Notes under the pieces: model-generated | The model's input: only the letters and a program-made list of their open reading frames with translations | What the model was told of the DNA's origin: nothing | Databases searched by the model: none | Part shown: positions 24,901 through 35,337 of the stretch, piece by piece | Layout: each line of letters opens with the position of its first letter | Numbering within the stretch: the first letter of the stretch is position 1 | DNA from: Phoronis australis | Lineage: Eukaryota > Animalia > Phoronida | Direction of reading: 5' to 3' | Length of the DNA stretch: 64,000 bases | NCBI GenBank assembly: GCA_002633005.1 | Contig: NMRA01000170.1 | Coordinates: 503,007 to 567,006 of the forward strand | Program-made: the position numbers and the translations under genes

Positions 24901-25844
24901 GCTATACTCTACTGAGTTTCATAAATATGTGTGTTTGTATCGTTCTGTACTCACAAAATTTATCTTTATTTTGAGCTCTTCTTTGACTAGTGACATTTTC
25001 TAATAATAATATATCTAAAATCTGAGTCCTTGTTTTAAGGAAAAAAGTCGGGACTTATATCAAGGGCATTGCATAAAAAGATCCCTACTTATGTTCAGTG
25101 ATATTTAGAATTCAATGCAGAGTTCACTCTCTATTGAAGCAAAGAATTGACCTACAGTAGTAATGAAAGTCAAACAGCGTGTGGAAGGGCAATCTGCGTT
25201 TTCTCTCGTCCACAAATGCAGCAAAAATGTTAAGAAATTTGTTGAGTCCCTATTTGGGACTACTGTTTCATGTGACCCGGCGCTGGAGCCTTGGCTGAAT
25301 GTCTGGAATATGTGGTCATTTTACATGACTTACTTAACCTGAAGTGAAAATTTATGCTAAGGTGCCATACACTTGGTATTTTGGAATAAACATCTCCGTT
25401 GACCACTGTATTATTTGACTAAGATTTTCACTACATGTGTAGGCCTGTTCCACAAAAATATCGTAGCTTAGCAATGTTTTATTCAGAATTCAAAGGGAAA
25501 CTTATGCAAAAACCAGTGACTACTCACAAGTCTTTGCTTGGGCTCTAATTGCTATAGTGAAACAGGCCTTCCTGGATAAAAAACATCTTTGGAAACTCAA
25601 CTTTTCTCAGAAATTCTTTGTTCTTAAAAACTCAAAACAAAACAAGACACCATTTGATATAAATCTATGTCGAAACACAATAGTCGCGTAAACAGTGACT
25701 CCATGATGGAGTGATTTCGGGGGCTGAATAAACGCCGTTCAATGATTTAATAACTGCTTTTTTGCCGTTTCAGTATCCAACAGGTGGATTCATGAGCGAG
25801 GCCAAGAGTTTACGTATCCATGTTCACTGAACCAAAATGAATAG
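6890..25844 (+). CDS. P4HA: Prolyl 4-hydroxylase alpha subunit, copy A (spliced, 5'-partial in this window)
   Basis: GT-AG exons with vertebrate P4HA1-like boundaries and phases encode YESLCRGE, PRIVIFHDVISDAEI, RISKS, AEELQ|VANYGIGGHYEPHFD, GTGNRIATVLFY|LSDVEAGGATVF, FWHNL...HAGCPVLTGSKW|VSNRWIHERGQEF. Specific paralog (P4HA1/2) not assignable. Confidence 0.95.
7723..8490 (-). mobile_element. Dispersed ~0.8-kb element carrying a tRNA-like module (other copies at 54430-55258 and 58485-59276)
   Basis: Reverse-complement homology to the other two copies; absent at the paralogous site in copy B (44361 tattgctgct|gtatcgtgaa). Confidence 0.8.
9059..9252 (+). CDS. P4HA: P4HA copy A exon 6 (VPDHERALENKRFYE...YESLCRGEDVI)
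   Basis: tctttcag|TTCCC...GTTATT|gtgagt, 194 nt, phase 1-0. Confidence 0.92.
9641..9814 (+). CDS. P4HA: P4HA copy A exon 7 (PNPDVHKLKCFY...IKKIAGPR)
   Basis: catcag|CCC...CGG|gtaagc, 174 nt, phase 0-0. Confidence 0.93.
11119..11189 (+). CDS. P4HA: P4HA copy A exon 8 (LHRSLIQNSTTGEPEVFPFRISK/S)
   Basis: ttacag|CTG...AAGAG|gtaaga, 71 nt, same size and phase as the vertebrate RISKS exon. Confidence 0.88.
12187..12356 (+). mobile_element. 5' fragment of a Kolobok-like element cut by a contig join (N at 12357)
   Basis: Follows TTAA (12183-12186); near-identical to 31116-31286; the equivalent site in the repeated unit (15502 ttaagggtg) is empty. Confidence 0.8.
12362..12555 (+). CDS. P4HA: P4HA exon 6' (repeated unit)
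   Basis: 194 nt, open; acceptor context cut by the N at 12357. Confidence 0.8.
12944..13117 (+). CDS. P4HA: P4HA exon 7' (...DVEIDLIKKMVGPR)
   Basis: 174 nt, AG/GT intact. Confidence 0.85.
14442..14512 (+). CDS. P4HA: P4HA exon 8' (LHRSMIQNSTTGEPEFFPFRISK/S)
   Basis: 71 nt, AG/GT intact. Confidence 0.85.
15170..15855 (+). repeat. Diverged ~0.33-kb intronic tandem duplication just upstream of exon 9
   Basis: gagtttgctgggttt...gattaatgaaaatagttcctgtaagagat...gggtcttgcattt occurs twice; copy B has one unit. Confidence 0.75.
15863..15962 (+). CDS. P4HA: P4HA copy A exon 9 (ASLKTHEAPFLETLEQRVADFTQLNMKVAEELQ)
   Basis: ttgccag|TGCC...CTCCAG|gtatag, 100 nt, phase 2-0. Confidence 0.9.
16513..16566 (+). 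pseudogene. Alternative HxD exon 10a, copy A (LSIIRIGGHYELHDDFAR if the shifted AG is used)
   Basis: Paralogous to exon 10b; 54 nt between aag and gtaagt; 5' codons scrambled by a 1-nt insertion plus a 1-nt acceptor shift. Confidence 0.75.
16917..16970 (+). CDS. P4HA: P4HA copy A exon 10b (VANYGIGGHYEPHFDHAR, iron-binding HxD)
   Basis: ttgtag|GTAGCC...CGG|gtaaat, 54 nt. Confidence 0.93.
17970..18060 (+). repeat. Penelope-like terminal fragment with a decayed minimal hammerhead motif
   Basis: CTGAAGA-AAGGA-GATTAT-TCC-GACA-CTAG; GAAA is mutated to GACA. Confidence 0.35.
19121..19189 (+). CDS. P4HA: P4HA copy A exon 11 (KEDVDVVFKSLGTGNRIATVLFY)
   Basis: cgtcag|AAA...TAT|gtaagt, 69 nt. Confidence 0.92.
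19403..19458 (+). pseudogene. Decayed duplicate of exon 11 (FKSI..GISNWIATVTFY, dead donor ttaagt); paralogous copy ~58121-58170
   Basis: agcaattggattgcaacagtcacgttctat aligns with exon 11 ggcaataggattgcaaccgtcctattctat. Confidence 0.7.
21121..21189 (+). CDS. P4HA: P4HA copy A exon 12 (LSDVEAGGATVFTKIGVKVFPKK)
   Basis: ttacag|TTG...AAG|gtaaga, 69 nt. Confidence 0.94.
22096..22378. mobile_element. Inverted pair of Penelope-like terminal fragments with a minimal hammerhead ribozyme motif (22309-22344, +)
   Basis: gttgataaaaac...acatgtttcggcgtt is inverted relative to aacgccgaaacatgt...tttttatcaac; core CTGAGGA-T-GGTG..CGCC-GAAA-CATG-TC. Confidence 0.55.
22646..24391. mobile_element. CMC/EnSpm-like non-autonomous element with subterminal TGACACG repeat arrays
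   Basis: TIRs CCCTGGTGAGAATTTGACACGTTTGACACGC / GCGTGTCAAACGTGTAAAATTCTCACCCG; flanked by (T)AG; ~30-bp tandem array at 24025-24330. Confidence 0.65.
24390..24509. mobile_element. ~120-bp hairpin MITE
   Basis: TTAGTATTCACATACGC...GCGTGTATGAAGACTAA inverted termini. Confidence 0.55.
24791..24887 (+). CDS. P4HA: P4HA copy A exon 13 (GTAAFWHNLYKNGQGNSNTLHAGCPVLTGSKW)
   Basis: ctccag|GGA...TGGG|gtgagt, 97 nt; distal His and 2-OG-binding Lys. Confidence 0.94.
25774..25844 (+). CDS. P4HA: P4HA copy A last coding exon (VSNRWIHERGQEFTYPCSLNQNE*)
   Basis: tttcag|TATCC...TAG; AATAAA at 25924 and 26049 downstream. Confidence 0.94.
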
Positions 25845-27489
25845 TGCAAAACTTTTAAACATACGACTCGGAAGCAGGGCGACTTGCTCATTGACGAGCT
25901 ATGAATGTATATTTCTCCGAAGTAATAAATATTTCTTGTCAGTGGCAGTAGCCAGTTAGTTTTCAAATTTGAAGGATTTTCTTCAATTCCTTGAAAGTAT
26001 GGTGCTAAAAGTGGTGATGGTCTTTTGACCTTTGTTCTATATTTTTATAATAAAGTAAAGTCTTTAATATTGCAGCAGGTGGCGTTGTCTCCAAGCAAAT
26101 GAGGCACATTTTAGATCTGTAGATTAGCAAAAGGTAGAGATTGTGTGTTAGTCCCATGATTCTTCTTAACATATTTAGTAATTAGTTATTGTTTTTTCTT
26201 CTACTTTGAACTAGTCAGTTTTGAAAATGACTCAAATAAATGCAAATTTCTTTTCCATTTAAAGTGCTTAAAACCACCATTTACATTGTTTCGACAAGTA
26301 ACTAGATTATCAGCATCATAAACCTTCCTTTATAGCACTGTATATCACAACCGTGAATTCAATATCCTAAAATGAGAAAGAAGAAAAATGACTTTAATTG
26401 AAAGTTTCTGTGCTCTGTGTACGTGATTGTGACTGATCATTCTGTCACATCCACCAACATGCGAGTTTCTGGGCCAAACTTATCCGTGCTTCTCCCATGA
26501 CATGCAAAAAAAGTGAAGAGCCACAGTCAGCTGATCAAATACTGAGTTGTCAAAACCCCCATGAACACAACTCGCCATTCCTTATTCCATAAGCAACGCG
26601 AAAACGAGCAGCAATATCTGAGGACTTTTCACACTGAACACAATGGAGTATGACTAATGCTGCGATTGGTTATTCGATTCTACGTAGTATGTACCAACAA
26701 ATGCTCGTATCTCGAGATCAGCTCACTAACATATTACCAGGTAATGTTTGCGGGTGTTCTAAATGACTTGTATGGTTCTTTTCTTGTGTTTTTGATATGG
26801 AATTGACGAATCGAAGCAGCAGTGATGTCTTGCGTTGCCTGAAATGAACTTCTGGTTGACTAGTGTCTTGTGAGTTGGGGCAAGATTACACTGGCGTTAT
26901 GCGCCATGTTAGAGTTTTGCTGGTAAGTTGCTGACGTTAAGATCCAAATATGGATAATGTAGCCAGTTGGAGTGTTGAATTTTTGTAGTGGTGACTGGTG
27001 ATGTTATTTCCGTCTCATAATCCAATATATGTTGCTCTGCGTATCTCAAATGACTTTGGTATGTAAAGCATATTCGGGTTTCATGCTGTTTCCTATTTCT
27101 TGTGGAACTGCGCCACATGAGAAACACCCAGTTTAAGATAAGGACAAAGCAAGGAATAACCGCTTGCACCTATAAGCGAAACTTTGGGCATGTATCTACA
27201 TATGGGCATATATTTTAGGGTATTTAGGTTATAACTATTGTTGACTTTTACCTTTCTGCATTAGTTGCTATTGTCAGAAATGCATAATGACACTTTGGTT
27301 TCATCCTGTAATTGTAATGTCATGTCACCAGCTGTTGGGTATGTTCTTTCTGGCATTAAAAGTTGAATCGTGCATTGTGTTGTTAATTGTTTGGTCATGT
27401 TTTGAGCATTCTACACGTCATCACATTCTGGCTCAAATCCAATTGAGAAACCTAGAAACGATGTTTAGAAGTTGAAAACAAAAAAAATC

Positions 27490-30200
27490 AGGCGTCAGGA
27501 TTAAATCGTGGCAACCGACATAGGCGTGGGGCCGGGGACAGTCGAAAAAAGAAATACTGCGAAATACGGAAAAGAGAAAATTCAAGAGAATATTTAACAA
27601 CTCTGCATCAATGCATGGGGTACCTTTTGAGGACCCTGGGCAGGACATTGTCGTTAGGGTCTCCTCTTATGTAGCACAGATCGTCTAAACGCACTTGAAA
27701 ACGTGCACGAAATCAATCCAACATATATTTCAAAATATCGAGAAAATTTTATAAAGCGAAGCTTTTGCAGAGCGCACTAATTTAATGGATTTTTAAATTC
27801 AATATGTCAAATTTGTGAATTTTTCTAGATGCCCCCCTCTGGCAAGGGATAACGGAGACATCTTTCGCTTTAGTTATTTTCTCGAAACTGTATGTTATCA
27901 GGGGCGGTTCCAGGATTTTGAGTTGGGGGGCAGGGCAGAGTGTTAGCCAGGATTTTACCCGTCAGTCATTCGCAACCCCGAACTCACAAATGTAATCTAG
28001 GAGAATTTTAGGGGGCCATGGCCCCTCTAAATCCCCCACTGATTCCTTGACAAAAATTGATGACCTGACAGATGACATCGATTGCTGCGCATTTCCTGAT
28101 ATTTGAAAACTTAGATATTTTCATGATTAGGGGCCCCGCCCTTGAAGGAGGCCATTGATGACATTCAAGTGGCCATCCTTTTTGTGTTTTTATTGACAAA
28201 TTCTTAAGGGGCTGCTCACGGAGAGAGGGCCCAATGTTGGTATCGATTACTTCTATTTTCCTGTTTTTTCGTGAAATCGTGCAATCTGCTTTCATGTTGA
28301 AGGAGGTCACTCCCTGCATCGTTTTGAGACCACACGACGGTGAAATGCACTATCATTCTTTTTTCCAAGCTTAATGATGTTTAGCCTTCCATCTTAAAGT
28401 GTCCCATTTCAGACGGAACCCTCTCTCGGTTGAGCAGTTCGGGAGAAAAATGTCCCTTTGTTCCTCTATACATGTAAATGCGACACTGCCAAGTATTCAC
28501 GATGGAAGTTGTCATTCCAAATTCATCAAAAAACGACCCAAACAACCAAAAATGTGAAAATACAGTAGGATTGCCACCATAGAAAGGTTAGAATTTTAAA
28601 GAACGTGAAGACCTGTCCACTGCTATTTCCGATGGTTATAAAATAATGTTACTGTTTCCCGTAGTATCACAAGAATATTATCTCTTGAAGATGGTTACTA
28701 TTAGTTGGTTGTAAGGATTTCCTACGTGTGCAAAACACTGCTGTCAAGGCTACTTACCGTGTACATGTCAAAAGGAGATACTCAAAGAACTCTCACAATC
28801 ATAATCATAGATTTCAGCTTTTTTGTTTCGTCAGTGGAGTTCAAGTTTACATCGTGAAGGTATATAGCTACCTATGAAATGAGCAAAAATACACCTGAAT
28901 ACGCATGTCTCCTCTCCCATATTCCCCCGGTTACCTGTCAAGAGTCTGCAAGCATGCATGCGGAAATTGCTTATAACATTCCGTTTTGATAAACAAATTC
29001 GTTAGTTTCAGAATAACTTGTTTATGTATCTACAAAAGTCGAAATATTCATGGATTTTTTTTTGATTTTTATGAACATTTTATATCTAAATACACTAAGA
29101 TATGCAACAATGAGCTACATGCAAATGAAACAGACACACACGCACACACACTCGCGCTCATATCTAAATAATACAACTTCACGGTTGATTTAATCTAATT
29201 AAGTATTGAGGATTTCCCAAAAGGCAGTTTTGGGGGTTGTGTATTTCTAATTTTACAATAATTATACAAGAAACATTGAAATTGTGATTACATGTATCTA
29301 GGAATAATTTGGTCTCTAGAGCATTTATGAATGAAATACTGACCAATAGTTAATACAGTATTAACAACTTCAAAATTATATCCAAAATATGCTGTCAAAA
29401 TAACATTTTTATCTAAATCGTGTCGTGCAGTTACATCAATTAAAAGTTTCTGAATTTCACACCACCAAGTTTTCACAGAGCCACATTCCACAAACATATG
29501 GTTAAAAGTTAGTTTCAACAGTTCCACAACAGTTCTATAGATTCATAGCTGATTTTTGACAAGTAGAAGCTATTCTTGTAAGAATTGATGATGTTTCAGT
29601 GAATTTAATTGCAGCCTGAATTTGGAAAAACTTTATAATCCGATCCCTAAATAGTAAAGTACACTTATACACGATTCTGCATATCTAAAATAACTGTCAA
29701 AGACATTGATGAAATTCGGACTCACAAACCTTAGATAGAAAAAACGTTTTAAAAATCCTAAAGTCAACAAAATTAAACTCATTGCTTGGAAAGGTTGTTT
29801 TGCACTTCCTTGGTGTTCTTAGTTTCCAGTAGTATTGAGCTATGAATTTCTGTTCTTCAAAACTGAATTGATTGCTTGTCCTGATTCGTGCATGCACGTC
29901 ATGACTGACGTACCCACGTTAACAATAAGATGTAACCATGCAGTCGGCACGCGCAGAATCTCACTGATCCACGGGAACTGAATTTGAAATCCAGGCGTCC
30001 AGGAAGTGTTTACATTTTTGGGACACACTATCCTTTTCCCCAGCCACCAGAAAATGGACTACTGGTCGTGTTTCAACTAGGCATTTTGAAACAGTCTCAA
30101 AGACACTAAAGTAGGGACTTCAGGACCTCATCTTTTCAAAAAAACCTCCTTCAAAGAATGACCATAATAAAATGAAGTTTTCCCGAAACTGGATCAAAAT
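27490..30200 (+). mobile_element. hAT-like family copy (+), interrupted by a small MITE (27899-28041) and an L1/Tx1 fragment
   Basis: Colinear with ~2995-4560; boundaries approximate. Confidence 0.7.
29054..29600 (-). mobile_element. 5'-truncated L1/Tx1-clade LINE 3' end
   Basis: Minus ORF 29527..29288 (HMFVECGSVKTWW...TIGQYFIHKC) resembles the L1/Tx1 C-terminal zinc-binding region; T-tract (poly-A on minus strand) at ~29055. Confidence 0.65.
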
Positions 30201-30239
30201 AAAAAGAATTGTCAAAAATCATTTATGAATCTATCGATT

Positions 30240-33200
30240 TTTGTAGCTACATAAACAAGTAAATCAGAAGCCAACGAATTTCTTCATCAAAACGGAATAT
30301 TATAAGCAATTTCCGCATGCATGTCTGTAGACTTTTGACGGGTAACCGGGGAATATGGGAGATGGAGCATTAGAATTAAGGTGTATTTTTGCTCATTTCA
30401 GAGGTTCCTGTAACGGTTCACGAGTTAAACTTGAAATCTACTGACAAAAAAAAATGAAATCTTTGTTTATGATTTCGAGAGTTCTTTGAGCACCCCCTTT
30501 TCATCTACACGGTCATCATATTAGATAGTAGCCTAGACAGCAATGTTTTCCACATGTGGGAATTCCTTACAAACAACTCATAGTAACCATCTTCAAAAGA
30601 GATACCAATCTTGTGATACTACGGGAAACAGTAACATTATTTTATAACTAACCATCGCAAAAAGTCCTTTTGTGTAATTCACAAATAGTTGTGTTCATGT
30701 TCTTCAAAATTCCATCCATGGCGGCAATTCTACTGTATTTTTCACATTTTTTGGTTGTTTGGGTCGAATGGCAGTGCTGTGCACGAATGTTTTGTGCTTT
30801 TTGATAAATTTGGAAACTCAACTTTCATGTGAATAGTTGGCAGTTTCGGATTTACATGTATAGAGGGACAAAGGAACATTTCCCACCACATTTTCCACCG
30901 AGAGAGGGTCCCGACTGAAATGGGAAACCTTGAGATGAAAGGCTAAACATCATTAAGCTTGGAAAAAAGAATGACAGTACATTTCACCGTCGTATGGTCC
31001 CAAAACGATGCAGGGAGTGACTTCCTTCAACATGAAAGCCGGTTGCATGATTTCCCAGGAAAATAGAGGTAATCGATTCCAACATTGGGCCCTCTCTCCG
31101 TGAGCGGCCCCTTAAAGTCCTTCTCTCACGCGTTGTTAACCCTTATTACGTGGTTAGAAGATGTTATAAGGATCCAAGAAGAACCTACCCCATAACTAAT
31201 ACACGATCCGTACTCGAAAACAGTTTAAATGAACGCGCCACTCACGATTCGCACCCGAAGAAACACCGCCATTTTGAACTTGCCGCGAACCCGGAAGTAC
31301 AATTCATTCAGGAACCCAGGCCGAGAAAACGCCGTCAGTGCGATTGGAGCAGTGCCTGTACTGTTACCAGCCAGCAAACGGGGATAAAAAAATCGACAGC
31401 GCGCCTTAATTTTGATAAAATCAAACTACGGACAATTTTATGGAATTTGCTGAAGAAATATGGCGAATAAATTTTGACAGAAATTATTTTGCCAGACTTG
31501 GGACCGCAGCCTATCGGACCCGGTGCGGATCGAGACCAGACACTGGCGAATGGTAAATGCATGCGGTTGCAAGCTGTTTTGTCGAAGTAAAATGGTCAAA
31601 TCATAAATGCTGCATATATTCAAGGGTAGTTTCAGACACTTGCAAGAAATTACGGGCTGGTTAGTCCTGTGTCACACTGCCGCGGCAGACCTTAGTTAGC
31701 CTCAGTCACCAGCTACCATGGAAGACTATAGTCAAAATACAGCTTGTTAGTAGGCCTATACCGCTTTGCGCCAAGACTACCCTTAGGCCTAACTGGTCGC
31801 TGGCCACAAACACAAAAAAAACACGAAAATTGAACAAAGTTTCTTTTTTGTAGCAACGTTTGTCAAAATGTATCAACGTTAAATCTTCACAAATTACAAA
31901 GTAGCCGATTGAACATGCCTTTCAGTTCAGCAACAGTCGACATTGTAGGTGCCGCCAGAAATGAGATGAAGTCCAACGGGAATTGTGAGCACATTTATCA
32001 TTTAATGAGTAACAACTGCGAGGCTGAAATTTGGTGAACACTGCTAAATCGTGCAGAATAGTAAGTAAAGATATGTCTAACTAAATTTCCCCGTAATTTG
32101 TTGGCTAAAACAATTTACACAAAGTTTTAAACTCGTAACTCATCCCGCTCTCCAATATGGCCGACGCGACCCAAATTTCGCCACAAAACTTGCAATAACT
32201 TTACAGTGCGTGCCCCGATTTTGATACTTTTTCGAGTTTTACTGAGTAGAATGTACTACTTTTCCGATAATAGCAAAGTACTTTTTCAAAATGAGGAAAA
32301 AAATAAAACCGAAAAAAAATGGTTCGACCCATATTGGTTCCTAGGTTCGACCCGCCTACGTAAGGAACTAAACACCAATGATATTTTAACATACTAAGTA
32401 CGCGTAACATCCCAAAAAAAATCAACGACCACTAACTACAAACTATAAATACACTACATATGCAAACGAATCACGATATATTACTAATAAAACAAAATAA
32501 TGAAGACTTTTCGAGCAGGCCATAGCACATTCAGTTACAAGGAAAAAATGGCGGCGTTCAGGACAAGTTCCTGAACTGATGAGCCGGAAATGTGGGTACG
32601 GAAATAACCGATGACAACCGGTAATCATGCGCTCAGAGAGAAGGGTCAAATACTGTTAAAAAATCGCTTTTGGCAAGAAAGGTGAAAAGAATATAAAGAA
32701 AGGGTGTCGAAAATAAGAATTTATGTAGTAAGTATTTTGGATACTGGAACCACATGGGCAGTTTGCAAGAAGGACTTTAAGAATATGTCAATAAAAGCAC
32801 AAAAAGGGTGGCCACTTGAATGTCATCAATGGCCTCCTTCAAGGGCAGGGCCCCTCAGAAATCAGGAAATGCGTATAAATTAATGTTGTCTGTCTGGTCA
32901 TCAATTTTTCTCAAGTAATATACAGTTCCGAGAAAAAAGTAAAGCGAAAGTTATCTCCGTTATCCTTTGCCAGAGAGGGGCATATGGAAAAATGTAGTTT
33001 TGCAACCGTAAAAATCCAGTAAATTAGTACGCTCCGCAAAAGCTTTGCTTTACATATTTTCTCTATTTTTCGAAATTAATGTATCATTGATTTCGTGCAC
33101 GTTTTCAAGTGCGTTTAGGAGACCTGCACTGCAAAATCGGAAACCTAACGACAATGTCCTGGCCAGGAACCTCAAAATGTAAATCAATGCATTGATGCAG

Positions 33201-33324
33201 AGTTGTTAAATGTTCTCTTGAAATTTTTCTCTTATCCGTATTTAGCAGTCTTTCTTTTCTCGACTGTCCCCTGCCCCACGCCTATGTCTGTTTCCACGGT
33301 TTCATCTTGACGCCTACGGCCCTG
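30240..33324 (-). mobile_element. hAT-like family copy in inverted orientation, forming a long inverted repeat with 27510-29050
   Basis: Reverse complement of 27510-29050 and 3000-4230; TIR CAGGGCCGTAGG ends at 33324. Confidence 0.75.
31116..32776. mobile_element. Kolobok-like non-autonomous element with TTAA TSD
   Basis: TTAA|AGTCCTTCT...AGAAGGACT|TTAA; the empty site (ccccttaagaa on minus strand) is seen in the sister copy at ~28201. Confidence 0.8.
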
Positions 33325-33356
33325 ACTCATGACGGCATCATCCCCGGGATTGTCCC

Positions 33357-33516
33357 AGGGGCGGATCCAGGATTTTGGTTTGGGGCCGGGGCAGGACAGA
33401 GTGTTAGCCAGGGTTTTACCCGGCCCGTCAGAAACCCACCCGCCAACTGCCAAATGGAATCTGGGAGAATTTTAGGGGGGCCATGGCCCGTTGGCCACCC
33501 CTAACTCCGCCACTGT
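33357..33516. mobile_element. Short hAT-type MITE (related copy 27899-28041)
   Basis: CAGGGGCGGA...TCCGCCACTG termini. Confidence 0.55.
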
Positions 33517-33586
33517 ACCCCCCACCTAGGACGGACGTAGGAGATTCGGTACAAATATGGTGGCATCGAAAGCACGAGGGCGAGAG

Positions 33587-33830
33587 NNNNNNNNNNNNNN
33601 NNNNNNNNNNNNNNNNNNNNNNNNNNNNNNNNNNNNNNNNNNNNNNNNNNNNNNNNNNNNNNNNNNNNNNNNNNNNNNNNNNNNNNNNNNNNNNNNNNNN
33701 NNNNNNNNNNNNNNNNNNNNNNNNNNNNNNNNNNNNNNNNNNNNNNNNNNNNNNNNNNNNNNNNNNNNNNNNNNNNNNNNNNNNNNNNNNNNNNNNNNNN
33801 NNNNNNNNNNNNNNNNNNNNNNNNNNNNNN
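33587..33830. other. Assembly gap (N run)
   Basis: Run of n. Confidence 1.
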
Positions 33831-34979
33831 TATGAAGGGAAGGTGGTGGCGATAGGGGGGGGGGGGTTGGCGAAGTCGAAATGGTTTGTGCCCCCCTCCC
33901 CAAATGATTTTGCCTTCGTATGGGCCTGAATAACCCACTCTAGCTTCTGGAACTAAACTTAGTCTTGAATTGACGACTCGGCCTAACTCACAACTCCATC
34001 AATAGAGGGCGTTCTAGTCACAGATATAACGGCAATACGGCTAGCACACAAATTTAAAATCTATCGAGCAGCACGACTTCACGGCATCGCAACCAGAACG
34101 AATTAAAGCGGACTGAACTCGACGGCTCGAGCAGACAGGCTCACGTAGCAAACGAATTTACCTGAAAGGTCAAAGGTCACATGTCTATCAGTCTCAGTGT
34201 TCACGACCATAGAAATCACATTGACCGCGCGCGCCACTCAGATACATGCAGCTCGCGTTGTCAATATGGCGCCACATTCGGGAGAGTGCAACACAGGACA
34301 AAAATGGCGAAAAACACTGGAAGCCCTACGGCATCAGTCAGGAAATGCTGGCGCTCGCAGTGTTATGCCTGCAGCTAAAGAGTTATTTTTTGGTCCTGCC
34401 ATTGAGTCATGAGTTTTTTGGTGGTGCTACAACTAGTTTTTTATGTTCTACCAACACAGTTTTAGCGGAGCGACTTTGTTTCCACGTGACATCAGTCTTG
34501 GTGATTGAGACCATATAACATCAATTAAAAAGATAATTATTAACCACCATATACTGTTATCCAATGATGATGCTGTTTGCTAATTATATTTAAGTAAATA
34601 TTTAGTATTAATGACAATCTTGTGTATTTTTACGAGTGAGCGGCACGTCTCCTGGATATAATGTATTTGTATCGAGTGTCACGAATTAAATGATAAATTT
34701 GCGCGATCTTAGTGGTTTCTCTTAAAAAAAACGAAAAAATAAAACGCTCGCAGCGGATTGACAGTCATGCAGCCGCTCAGGTCACTCGAGAATCTGCCAC
34801 TGGTTGCGATCTTCTAATAGTTTGATATTTTCCCTATCCACTGATTAACTCTAAAAAAACGCATGCAAGTGTTACATCACATGTTTTTGTATGTTTCTGG
34901 AAAAATTACACTCTTCGGCCTCTTTATTTGTTAGATATTGCGCTTTGAAAAGGACACTTTATCCCGTTCGATTACACGG

Positions 34980-35070
34980 CAATTAGCCGTGTCACGTGAC
35001 TAGTAGCACTCTCCAATATTGCGTCAAGTTGTCAGCAGCAGTAGCGCGTGCGCCCGGTCTATAGTATAAT
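34980..35070 (+). promoter_or_regulatory. Putative proximal promoter of P4HA copy B
   Basis: CpG-rich; palindrome GTCACGTGAC (34991-35000), CCAAT (35013), TTGCGTCA (35019), TATA-like tatagtataat (~35059), 80-160 bp upstream of the ATG. Confidence 0.45.
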
Positions 35071-35149
35071 ATGTCTACATATTGACGACAGTCATCGCAG
35101 TCGTTGTCAGAGACACCTGCAGCCGCGGTTTAGCTGCCCACTGCTAAAA

Positions 35150-35337
35150 ATGAAGAATCTCCATGGACGTTTGTTTTTGTACTGTGTGTGTTCCGTTTTG
35201 TTAGTAAACAATGTAAAGACAGAACTATTTACAGCGATGATGGAACTAGAGAAAGTATTACGAGCAGAAGCTTTGATAGCTGATGATATTCGGAATTATA
35301 TTGCTCTTGAACAAGACAGACTAAATAAATTAAAAAG
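35150..35337 (+). CDS. P4HA: P4HA copy B exon 1 (signal peptide + N-domain start)
   Basis: aaaaATG context; MKNLHGRLFLYCVCSVLLVNNVKT-ELFTAMMELEKVLRAE...LK; AG|gtaagt, phase 2. Confidence 0.9.

Noticed and set aside
33483-33938. Long ORFs in the ORF track
   Set aside because: Artefacts of translating through the N gap.
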